Shown here: positions 1 through 9,365 of the stretch, piece after piece
Numbering within the stretch: the first letter of the stretch is position 1
Layout: every line of letters begins with the position of its first letter
Assembly: GCA_963845755.1 (NCBI GenBank)
Contig: CAWJTV010000026.1
Location: forward strand, 1-64,000
From: an uncultured Planctomycetota bacterium
GTDB taxonomy: Bacteria > Planctomycetota > Planctomycetia > Isosphaerales > Isosphaeraceae
Reading direction: 5' to 3'
DNA length: 64,000 nucleotides
Position numbers and translations under genes: made by a program
Notes under the pieces: model-generated
Database searches by the model: none
What the model was told of the DNA's origin: nothing
What the model saw: the letters and a program-made list of their open reading frames with translations, nothing else

Positions 1-1856
1 CTGGGTCCGCCGTTTATCCAGATGTCATCGTCGAAACCCAGAACGGTCTCAGTGTTCACCGGGGGCTCGGAGACCGTGGCAATGACCGTCGCTGAGACTG
101 GATCAAACTCGATAAGCTCCGATCCATCAGCCAGTATCTGGCATAGCCACAGATCCCCGGTCGAGCCGATGGCAATGGCTCCAGTCCCAGAATAATCCGC
201 GATCCGGTACTGCGACAATTTGGACGTCGTCGGGTTATACTCCCCCAGATATCCCGTTCCATTCTCGGAGAACCAGAGATTTCCATTATTGTCGGCAACG
301 ATGCTGATCGGGTCGGCACCCGCCGGCAACGCGATATTCTCGGTAACCGCGCCGGTCGCGGGGTTCACAAAGCCGACGTAGCTATTGTCATCCCCCGCAT
401 CGGTGAACCAGAAGTACCCATCCAGGGAATCGTAGGTGATCGCTGTGGGATTGGGGTACGTGTTGGGAAGGGTCTGGCCGATGGTGACCTGATCCGTGGC
501 CGGATCGACGCTCCCGACCTCAACCGGTGACCCGAATCCTTCCGGAGTCGTGAGGAACCACATCACCCCCGTCAGCGGATCGAGCGCGATCGGCCCCGCT
601 CCGCCGTCGGCGGTCGGAAAGGGAAACTCCGTACTCAGGTCCGTCGCGGGATCGAACACACCCACTTGAGAGCCTGGCTGGGTAAACCAGAGGTTCCCAT
701 TCAGGTCCGGCGCGATGGCCCCCGGCGTGCTGGCGTTCGCTATCGATCCTGGGAAGGTGACGTTCGTCGCCACGCCGGCCGTCGTGAACTTTTCTACAAT
801 CAAAGTAGTGTCGTTATCGCTCGTCCAGAGATGCGTGTCGGTTCCCGGACCGGCGGTGATCGCGTTGAAGGAGTCGAAGTAATAGGAAGCACCGGCGTAG
901 ATCGAGACCTTGCCGGTAGACAACTTGTAAACGGCGACTCCCGCTGTCAGGTTATCATCTACAGTCACCCAGATGTTTCCGTCGGGGCCCGTCGTGATTC
1001 CCGTGGGATTCGTGCCAGGTTCAGTGCCAGGTGAAGCCACCTTGATCGCCGGGCCGAAGGCCTGGGTCGTCAAATTGAACATCCCGATGGCATCGGCCGC
1101 CGTTTCGCTGAACCAGATATTCTGGTCAGGACCAACCGTGATGCCTTCGACCCGGAGAGTGCTCGTTCCCCCGATCGCGTGAACCTGAGCGACGTGCGTC
1201 GTCGCGTTGAACGACACAATCTGATTGGCCCCCGCGTCCGCAACCCATAGATTTCCGTCTGGCCCGTACGTGATCCCTTCCGGCTCGGTTCCGACTCCCG
1301 GCAAGGAGAACTCGCTGATCGCACCCGTCTGCGTATTGATCATGCCGATCTTGTTCGTGTTGGATTCCGTGAACCAAACCTCGTCACCCGGCCCGGCCGT
1401 GATCCCCGAAAGCCCAGCATTCGGTGTATCCAGTAACGGAAACTCACTGATCGCATCCGTCGTGAGATTGATCTCTCCGATCTGATTCGCCGTCGTCTCC
1501 AGGAACCACATCGAGTTCTTGTCCGGCCCGTAGGCGATCGCCGTCGGACCGCTGTTGGGCGTCGGGATGTTATATTGCGTCGAATGCCCCGTTGTTGGAT
1601 TGATCGAGGCCAGAGAACCGGATTGTTCCGTTACCCAGATCTCACTGGAAGAGGCGGCGACCCCCTCAGTCATTCCTCCCTCATATCGCACGGGATACAC
1701 TGCGACGACCGGCGCCAGCAACCGCCGATTCTCCAACCAGTCGAACCGCGGCCTCCTCCGCCTTCGTTGCACCATACTGGACCGCTGTACCAACCAATCA
1801 GGAACTCGCCGGCTCGCGGAATTCCAGGAGCGAAAGCTCGCGTTGCTAATCGTCAT
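1..1856 (-). CDS. Secreted Vgb (virginiamycin B lyase)-like beta-propeller repeat protein with planctomycete LE.R.LL leader; partial, runs off window start
   Basis: Manual translation from ATG 1856 (GAGGG RBS upstream): MTISNAS...RRRRRPRFDWLENRRLLA, then repeats such as GPTAIAYGPDKNSMWF and ISIVADNNGNLWFSE. The frame is still open at position 1, so the ORF is absent from the ORF track. Confidence 0.8.
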   Translation of the reverse strand, partial: MTISNASFRSWNSASRRVPDWLVQRSSMVQRRRRRPRFDWLENRRLLAPVVAVYPVRYEGGMTEGVAASSSEIWVTEQSGSLASINPTTGHSTQYNIPTPNSGPTAIAYGPDKNSMWFLETTANQIGEINLTTDAISEFPLLDTPNAGLSGITAGPGDEVWFTESNTNKIGMINTQTGAISEFSLPGVGTEPEGITYGPDGNLWVADAGANQIVSFNATTHVAQVHAIGGTSTLRVEGITVGPDQNIWFSETAADAIGMFNLTTQAFGPAIKVASPGTEPGTNPTGITTGPDGNIWVTVDDNLTAGVAVYKLSTGKVSIYAGASYYFDSFNAITAGPGTDTHLWTSDNDTTLIVEKFTTAGVATNVTFPGSIANASTPGAIAPDLNGNLWFTQPGSQVGVFDPATDLSTEFPFPTADGGAGPIALDPLTGVMWFLTTPEGFGSPVEVGSVDPATDQVTIGQTLPNTYPNPTAITYDSLDGYFWFTDAGDDNSYVGFVNPATGAVTENIALPAGADPISIVADNNGNLWFSENGTGYLGEYNPTTSKLSQYRIADYSGTGAIAIGSTGDLWLCQILADGSELIEFDPVSATVIATVSEPPVNTETVLGFDDDIWINGGP

Positions 1857-3123
1857 GGCATACCCTCGGACTGACAGAAACGAGGTGCGCGGCGAGTTTT
1901 TTCATCCTGATCGGCCAGGCCGCCGGGAGACGCTCACGAGTGTGCCCAGTCTCAACGGAAATCCGCAGCCAGACGGAAAATGTCAGCATGCAGTTATCCG
2001 AATGACCAGTACTCTCCATGAAGTCATACGAACGGCATTGACACGACGAGTGACGCCCGTGGTCGGATCAACCCATTCGACCGGAATTTACTCCGCTGGT
2101 CATCTATACCCCTGTTCCCTTATTCGCACAGGAGCCCTTCACGCCATGGGTGCCCCGCGAATCCAGGGCGCCGATGAAAGTCGTGTCCTCATAGAGATTT
2201 ACGGGAACGCGCCCCCCATCCCCGCCGGGAGACTCCGAAACGGGGGACGGTGGTGGAAACGGGTGCGCAGTTAGTTTCCCGTTCGCCCGGCGGCGTCTCT
2301 CGCGACGCCCGCCGTCGCCGATGGCGCCGCTGACGGCCCTGGCCGCCGCCGGACGAAACCCCACCGACCTCACACTCCCCACCGTCGGCAGCCAGGCCGG
2401 CGGCTCCGGCGGCGGCGACAGCCCGGACATCGCCGGGACGATCACCACCGCCGTGCCCGGCGGCATCACGGCCAACGGCACGGGCAGCGACGGAAGTCGT
2501 GGTGGCTCCGGCGACGGAGAAATCCGCGAATGGCGGACACGAGCCACCCTGGTACTAATGATACCTGGTGCAACGAAAGGCCGGTCTTGCCGAGCAGTTT
2601 GTGGCGCATGTCACTACTTCGCACGTCAGGCTGTCGATCATGGTTCCCGCCACCAGCTTGGTCGTTCGTTGCGCGCTTCGGTCTGATCGACCGGTCCAGC
2701 GGACGTCTCGGTGCGCCAGGCGCTCGGTCGCTATCGAATGCGGACCGGGCCGGACCTTCGGCCTTCGGCCGGGGCACTGGCCCGGATCGGCCCATAGCAG
2801 CGACGGAACCCGCGCGACGGGCGAGAATGAGCTCGAGCGGGCCGGCACAGACCACAGTCACGCTCACGGACGCCAGCCGCGCGGATTTCCCCCGGGTCAT
2901 TCGGTGATGCGGAGTGTCCGGCACCGGGCGGGGCACGCCGCGTTCCGGTGGCTCGGCAGCGTGAGGGATGACGGCCGGCAGGAGCCCGGACGGGCGACTT
3001 CGGGTGGTGGGTCGACGAACCGCGGCGCACTGGCTAGGCTGTGACATAGGGGCTACGGCCACGTAGGACTCCGTTGGCTCTCAGCCCCGGGAGCGTCCGT
3101 TCACACCGAAGCACCCCAGGTCC

Positions 3124-4645
3124 ATGGTGAGCAGCGATATGAAACCGATCCCACGCCGGAGCTTTCTGAGAGGTTCCATGACGGCCGGACTGGCACTCGG
3201 GATGCCGCGGCTGATGCTCGGCGCCGGGCCCCGGGCGGGCGGCCCCAACGACGCGGTGAATGTCGCGGTCATCGGGCTGGGGTCGACCACGGCCGTCGGG
3301 GGTGTGGGCGGGCGTGGCCACCAGCTCATCGGCCGGCTCCGCGAGATCCCCGGCGTCAAGATCGTCGCGCTCTGCGACGCCGACCAGGCGCACCTCGATC
3401 GCGAAGTCGCGGCGGCCCGTGACCATGGGGGGAAGGTCGCCGCGTATCACGACCCTCGCGAAGTCTTCGATGACAAGGGCGTCGACGCGGTGATCATCGC
3501 CCTGCCGAACCACTGGCATGCCCTGGCGACGGTCTGGGCCTGCCAGGCGGGCAAGGACGTCTACGTCGAGAAGCCGTTCTCGTACGACCTGTGGGAAGGG
3601 CAGCAGATGGTGGCGGCGGCCCGCAAGAACGGCCGCATGGTCCAGGTCGGCACCCAGAACCGGTCGAGCGCGTTCCTCCGCCGGGTGTTCGACCGCCTGC
3701 GCGGCGGCGAGTTCGGGGCCATCCGCTTCGCCCACGCGCTGGTGTACCGGGCTCGCGACGGTATCGGGTCGGTCGAACGCGCCCACGCCGCCACCGCGCA
3801 CCGTGGATTACGACCTCTGGTGCGGCCCGGCCCCGAAGAAGCCGCTGATGCGCAAGCAGTTGCACTACGAGTGGCACTGGTTCTGGGACACGGGCAACGG
3901 CGAGATGGGGAACAACGGCATCCACGTCATCGATGTGTGCCGCTGGGCCCTGGGACAGGACCGGACGCCCCCGCGCGCCATGAGCATCGGCGGCCGACTC
4001 GGTTTCCACGACTGCGGCGAGACGGCCAACACCCACATCGCACTGCTGGACTTCCAGCCGGCCCCGCTCATTTGCGAGGTCCGCAACGTGAGCGCCGGCA
4101 AGGGCTCGGCCGCGATGGGGAAGTTCCGGGGTCGGAACAGCGGCGTCGTGATCGACTGCGAAGGGGGCTACTTCGCGGGCGACGCCTCCGGCGGGGCGAT
4201 CTTCGATCGTCAGGGGAAGAAGGTCCACGACCTCGGGAAGGGCGACAGCCCCAAGGCGCTGGAGCTGGCCCACATCTCCGCCTTCCTCGCCGGTGTCCGC
4301 AGTCGGAAGGCCAGTGACCTGGCGGCCGAGGCGCTCGAGGGACATCGCTCGACGGCCTGCTGCCACATGGCGAATGTGTCTCACCGGCTCGGGAAACAAT
4401 CATCCCCCGAGGCCATCCGAGCCGCGATCACGGGCAACGCTGAAATGGCCGATGCCTTCGAGCGCTGCCGCGAGTATCTGCGCGGGAACGGCGTGGACCT
4501 CGACGCCAACCTGGCCACGCTCGGCCCCTGGGTGAACTTCGACGAGAAGCAGGGCCGGTTCGTCGGCGACTTCGCCGACGCCGCCAATGAGCTGTCGCGG
4601 CGTGACTACCGCGCGCCGTTCGTGGTGCCCGACCTCAACACTTGA
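3124..4645 (+). CDS. Tat-exported Gfo/Idh/MocA family oxidoreductase (frameshift near 3780)
   Basis: RRSFL Tat motif, VAVIGLG, DAVIIALPNHWH, GKDVYVEKP, VQVGTQNRS in ORF 3124; continues as DYDLWCGPAP...HYEWHWFWDTGNGEMGNNGIH in ORF 3518..4645. Confidence 0.88.
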
Positions 4646-5058
4646 CGATCGACCACAACGTCTCGGAATGGACGGTGTTGTTCACGATCCTGGCGGGAGC
4701 CAAGCGTCATCGCCTGGAGCCGTGGGCCTATCTTTGGGACGTGGTACTGCGGCTGTGCGCGGTCGAGACGGACCTGGAGTCGTTGCTCCCGGACCGCTGG
4801 GCCGCGAGCCACCCGGAGCATGTGTTGCAATACCGTCTCGACTAGTCGCGGCGCAAGGCGACTCGACGGAAGGGAGCGCGGCAGGAACGTCGGGCGGCGG
4901 CGAGAAAGACCGAGTGAGGGTCACCGACGTCGAGGTCGAAAATCGCCGGGAATCGGACCGCGTCTCGGGCGGCTCCGTGCCCGTGTCACAGAAAGGCCGG
5001 CGGGCCGCCCAGTCGCCGGCCCGTCGGCCGCTCCCTACTGGGAGGACCGTGCGATTAC
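4642..5058 (+). pseudogene. IS66-family transposase C-terminal remnant with right-end terminal repeat
   Basis: TIDHNVSE / AKRHRLEPWAYL / LESLLPDRWAASHPEH match the IS66 TnpC C-terminus, with an internal deletion and a premature TAG at 4843. CCGTGCGATTAC ending at 5058 resembles an IS66 end. Confidence 0.7.
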
Positions 5059-5687
5059 CTGCTTCGGCACCGCCTTACCGGGCTTTCGAAACGCGCCCAC
5101 TCTTGCCCCACTTCCAGCCGATATACCTTTCGCCGCCCATTCACTCCACCACCGGCGAACAACTCAGAGGTGGACTCCGATACCGGCTCGCTTTCACTCA
5201 TGCGACAGAGTCGATGGTGGCGGAGGTTGGCCAGGGCTACGAGATAGAGGATCAGGCACTTCTGCCACAAGCCGTAGCTATGGCATCCGCTCAGCAACAC
5301 CAGGGCGAAGGGCACCAACACATGGAAGATGATCCAGGGGCTTCCCGAGTCGCGGAGCAACCGCCAGTAATGTCCGAACAAGAGCAGCATCAGGAGGAAG
5401 GAACTCAAGCTGTGGAAACCCTCTAACGACGGCGTCACGGCCACGATGAACAGCAGCAAGGCGGCCAGCCCCGCTATCACCGCCTCTTCCTCTTCCCCGG
5501 CCCGGATCATATCACGCATATACCAAATGCTTACCAGCAGCAGCGTCGCAAACAGCACGTAGCCTAGCCACGCCTGCTCGCCGTCACGAAACATGCTCAG
5601 CGGTTCGGCCAGGCGCCGGCTGAAGTCACCCACCCCGTGGGCCCGGAGGAGCAACAAGACAAAGGCAGCAGACGCCGACTTCACCAT
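5055..5687 (-). CDS. Hypothetical multi-pass membrane protein
   Basis: ATG 5687 with GAGG RBS; several hydrophobic segments; basic C-terminus; stop codon overlaps the IS66-like end. Confidence 0.65.
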   Translation of the reverse strand: MVKSASAAFVLLLLRAHGVGDFSRRLAEPLSMFRDGEQAWLGYVLFATLLLVSIWYMRDMIRAGEEEEAVIAGLAALLLFIVAVTPSLEGFHSLSSFLLMLLLFGHYWRLLRDSGSPWIIFHVLVPFALVLLSGCHSYGLWQKCLILYLVALANLRHHRLCRMSESEPVSESTSELFAGGGVNGRRKVYRLEVGQEWARFESPVRRCRSR

Positions 5688-5943
5688 GATATTCCTCGTC
5701 TTGCCGAACTTGAGATCATCCAACAAAGTCCCGTCGATCCTTGGGGAGCCGGGATCGGCTGGTCAAAAGACAGGCTACCATGAATCAACATCTTGGGGCG
5801 AACTTGGTCGCGCAGATCGTCGTAGCGATTCTCGGGCCGGAGGACGGCAGCTCGTCGCGGCTTGAGATAGGAAAAGGCGAGACAACTGGCCCAGATGCTG
5901 GCGCCAGCATTCGCTCCAGCCCCGCGCGTGGCGACCTGGGAAT

Positions 5944-5956
5944 CCCGGACGCTTAC
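5944..5956 (+). repeat. Isolated IS66-type terminal inverted repeat
   Basis: CCCGGACGCTTAC; reverse complement GTAAGCGTCCGGG is the typical IS66 terminus. Confidence 0.55.
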
Positions 5957-6282
5957 CACCGGGATCTCATTCATCGAGCCACGGAAACGGGCGCAGGCCG
6001 ACGGAAAGGGGCTCGCCCTCCCGCGATCCGGTCGGGATCTCGGCGGCCTTCTCCATCCTGCCGATCTCCTTGGCGTCGGTGGCGTGCAACAAACTCGGGT
6101 TCCCAGCCGGCGGAAGGTCGCTATACTCACGCCCTCGTCATCGACTCGCGGGTTCGGGAGTGGACCGACGGCGATCGGGCCGCGGCTCGCGGAGAGGCTT
6201 CGAGATCGGCCCTGGCGAGGCGGGCGCCGAGCCCGGCGGATCTCGGCCCCCGACTGTGATCGCCGTCTCGCAGGATGATCCC

Positions 6283-7089
6283 ATGGACAAGAGACGATCG
6301 CGTTTCGTGCCAGGCGCGGCCTTCGTCGAGGGATGCCTGGAGAGTCGCGTGGTCCTTTCCGCTATCGGCTCCGCCGACGCGGCCGCGGTCTCCTCGCAAT
6401 CCGCCGGGCCTGTGCCAACGAAGACCTCGCTGACGATCCGCGCCGGGACGCTCGCCCAGCCAGTCACCCTCACCGTGACCGTACGGGCCGACGACGCGGC
6501 GGCGGGATCGCCGACGGGGACGGTGGACATCCTCTATGGGGGTGCGGTGATCGCAACGCTCCCGCTGTCGCCGACGACCGCGACGGCCGGCAAGCACGCA
6601 GTCAGCGCGGCGACGGGGACCTTCGCGGCACCGTCCGGTGGCCCGGCGTTTTATTTCGGGAAACACAGGCTCACCGCCGTGTTCGTCCCCAGCGGCGAGT
6701 TCGCGACGAGCGCCGTCAACAAGACCTTCACCACACGACAGCCCACATACGTCACGCTGCCCGACGGCGTGAAATTCGCCAACATCGCCCGGGGGTCGGG
6801 CGCCGAGATCCAGATCGGTCAGACCGCCTCCGTGCTGTATACCGGCTATCTCGCGAAGACCGGACAGATCTTTGACGACTCGATCAACGATGGCGGGTCG
6901 CCACTCAGCTTCACGATGGGCTCGGAGGGTATGATCCTGGGGTTCGAACAGGGGACGGCCGACATGGCGGTCGGAGAGACGCGGGTCATCTCGATCCCAC
7001 CGAAAGAGGGCTACGGGAACGCGACGGTCGGCGACATCCCGCCGAACTCGACGATGATCTTCGTTGTGACGCTCGAGTCGATTTCTTGA
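6283..7089 (+). CDS. FKBP-type peptidyl-prolyl isomerase with LE.R.LL-type leader and Ig-like domain
   Basis: MDKRRSRF...LESRVVLS leader; PVTLTVTV...SPTGTVDI...HRLTAVF Ig-like segment; FKBP motifs VLYTGYL, FDDS, MILGFEQG, ETRVISIPPKEGYG, IPPNSTMIFVVTL. Confidence 0.88.
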   Translation: MDKRRSRFVPGAAFVEGCLESRVVLSAIGSADAAAVSSQSAGPVPTKTSLTIRAGTLAQPVTLTVTVRADDAAAGSPTGTVDILYGGAVIATLPLSPTTATAGKHAVSAATGTFAAPSGGPAFYFGKHRLTAVFVPSGEFATSAVNKTFTTRQPTYVTLPDGVKFANIARGSGAEIQIGQTASVLYTGYLAKTGQIFDDSINDGGSPLSFTMGSEGMILGFEQGTADMAVGETRVISIPPKEGYGNATVGDIPPNSTMIFVVTLESIS

Positions 7090-7153
7090 GGAATGTTCGC
7101 GGCACGGAAACCTCGGCGCGGATTCCGTTCGTGGAAGACGGGAACATCGCGAT

Positions 7154-9022
7154 CTAATTCACCGACCAGGCGTAGCCATCGAACTGGTAGCCTCGGGAGG
7201 TGAAGAACTGCACATCCGCGTCGGCTGCGGAATAGGCATAGGCGCCGGTTGTTGGATTGAAGAATTGTCGATAGTTGGTGGATCCTGCGTTGGGAGCGAG
7301 GGCATTGAAGACGATGCCCTCGGCGGAGTATTGCGGATTTGCCGACATGACGGCGGCTTCCTGCGGGTTGGTTGTGTAGAACTGAGTGCGGGTGGCGGTA
7401 TTCAGGAAGCCGTAGACCGGTTTGGAGTGGGCGTGGGCGGGTTGTTTGAAGCTGGCGCCCAGGAACACGTACGTGGAAGGGTTGTTGGCGAGGATGATGG
7501 CCTGGGTCAGGTTGGTGGTGTAGTAAGTGTCGAGGGTGTTGAGATTGTCGAGCCTGTAGACGAGTCGATTGCTGGTCGGCGGCTTGGCGAGCGCCGAGGA
7601 CGTCGTCCCCTTCGAAGTGCGAATCGACCTGTCCGCTCGCACGTTCGGGACATAGCCAAAGCGTGCCCCACCCTGAGTGTCGGTTTGCCCGAGGTTTTGT
7701 CCGTAGGGACTTGAGGTTCCGGTTGCGGTGAGCCAAAGTTGGTACGTTTGGGCGTTGGCGATTCCGCCGTGAACCTTGACGAACGCCGAGAGATTGCGGG
7801 GGTTGACCACGCCGGGCGGGGGGGCGGCGACGGTATCGGTGTACTCGACGGCGTTGCCGCCCTGGTCATAAGTAAGCCACGGTGAGGGTGTGCGATCTTT
7901 CCCCACGTTGACGACATTGGCATCGTTATCGGCCGGAAGGGGGTCATAGGGCGGCTGCCAGTTGACCGACTGGTTGTAGTTGGAGTAGGCCACGCCTGGC
8001 ACCAGGTTCGCCGGGATGACATTGCCGACGTTGTTCACGGTCGGTTTCGGATTGGCCGTCGAGAGCGCGGTGGGGGGCGTGTTGCTGACTGTGGGGTAAT
8101 AGTAATAGTGGGTGCCGTTGCCGGCCGCCCGTGGAGAATAGTAAGCGGCCTTTACCCATTCGTTCTCGCTTGGAATCACGTAGCCGGTGGTATCGAGACG
8201 CTGGAAGAACTGGTAGCTGGAGTCTTGGAGATCATACATGCCGGTCGAGATATTTGTTGATAATTTTACATATCTCGTTTGCAAGTGGACGCGAAAGCCG
8301 AGCGGGCTCCTGGCTTGGCTGTTGTCGATCGCCACGGTGGAACCGTTGTACATGCTGTTGACGAAATAGGCGAAGTCGAACATATTGCCATTCACGAGCG
8401 GCTTGTTCGCCCAATACCTGGCAGCCAATCGGTAATGGGTGCCGGGTGCCGCGTTTTGCACCAGGTTGATCTCGCCGGAGAATGGATTGGTTACCGGTGA
8501 AAACGCGTTTGTCCATAACTGAATCCCGGTGACGGGTTGGACGGGATTGGCGCCTGTGGGGTCTACCTTGTTCAGGAATGTGACATATTGCCCGGCGGTG
8601 ATTTCGGTCTGTCCGATGGCGTAGATGTACGGCACGCCACCGATCTCTTGATAGCCCCCACCGGGACCGTTGGCAGACTTGGCGGGCACGGTGGCCCGTG
8701 ACGGTGGCACAAATCCATTGATTCCAATGGATTTGTTGCCAGGTGCCCCGACATAAGAAAAGTGAACGGTGATGTCGTATGCAGGGCGCTGGGGCCCATG
8801 CTGGATTTCCGGCGTGGCTCTTGTCGTTGAGTTCTTGACGACGTTCGATGTTTTCACTTCGCCGAGCCGAGGTGCGAGTTCCATCGCAGGCTGGCGCAGG
8901 GCCTGGTTTTCCGCATGGCCCATTCCGTGGACTGGCAGAACGGTGAGGAGGTTCCGGGCTTCGAGGGATTCAGTGGTCGGTCCGAACCGGCGGATTCTTC
9001 GGGATTTAACCTTGGTGATCAT
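7154..9022 (-). CDS. Secreted SUMF1/FGE-sulfatase-like domain protein with C-terminal DUF5648-like repeats
   Basis: LEARNLL leader; IGQTEITAGQYVTFLN, IPSENEWVKAAYY, YDQGGNAVE; C-terminal VYRLDN..YYTTN, VYGFLN..FYTTN..E, YRQFFNP repeats. Confidence 0.75.
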   Translation of the reverse strand: MITKVKSRRIRRFGPTTESLEARNLLTVLPVHGMGHAENQALRQPAMELAPRLGEVKTSNVVKNSTTRATPEIQHGPQRPAYDITVHFSYVGAPGNKSIGINGFVPPSRATVPAKSANGPGGGYQEIGGVPYIYAIGQTEITAGQYVTFLNKVDPTGANPVQPVTGIQLWTNAFSPVTNPFSGEINLVQNAAPGTHYRLAARYWANKPLVNGNMFDFAYFVNSMYNGSTVAIDNSQARSPLGFRVHLQTRYVKLSTNISTGMYDLQDSSYQFFQRLDTTGYVIPSENEWVKAAYYSPRAAGNGTHYYYYPTVSNTPPTALSTANPKPTVNNVGNVIPANLVPGVAYSNYNQSVNWQPPYDPLPADNDANVVNVGKDRTPSPWLTYDQGGNAVEYTDTVAAPPPGVVNPRNLSAFVKVHGGIANAQTYQLWLTATGTSSPYGQNLGQTDTQGGARFGYVPNVRADRSIRTSKGTTSSALAKPPTSNRLVYRLDNLNTLDTYYTTNLTQAIILANNPSTYVFLGASFKQPAHAHSKPVYGFLNTATRTQFYTTNPQEAAVMSANPQYSAEGIVFNALAPNAGSTNYRQFFNPTTGAYAYSAADADVQFFTSRGYQFDGYAWSVN

Positions 9023-9365
9023 CGAGCTTCACTCTCTTGTACGTCACCGACCAGAATGGAACAATGACCTGAGTCGCCTCAGTGGCTGCGCTCCGCAGTG
9101 AATGGTAGTCTAAGAGATTTCGGCGATGATGAGATGTGTTTTCGTGAATTGGAGGCAGTTCGTGATCGGAAATTCCGAGGAGGATGCGAAGTTCTCGCTT
9201 CACGATCGTGCGATGAAAGGGCGATTCTTGCAGCGGTCGATTGCTGTTTGCATGCGTGCAATTGTGTCCGACGCCGGTCTTGTGGCGGATCACGTTCGTT
9301 GTCGAGGGGATCGGTGCCCCGCAGGGTTTCAATGAAGGGTTTCACATTTTGATTGGCCGTCGTCC

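Noticed and set aside
2321..2560. Gly/Thr-rich ORF resembling an NHL-type repeat fragment
   Set aside because: Similarity is too short and low-complexity to call.
4843..4845. In-frame TAG here and at 46578-46580 as recoding
   Set aside because: Both lie in truncated, decayed fragments, so nonsense mutation is the simpler explanation.
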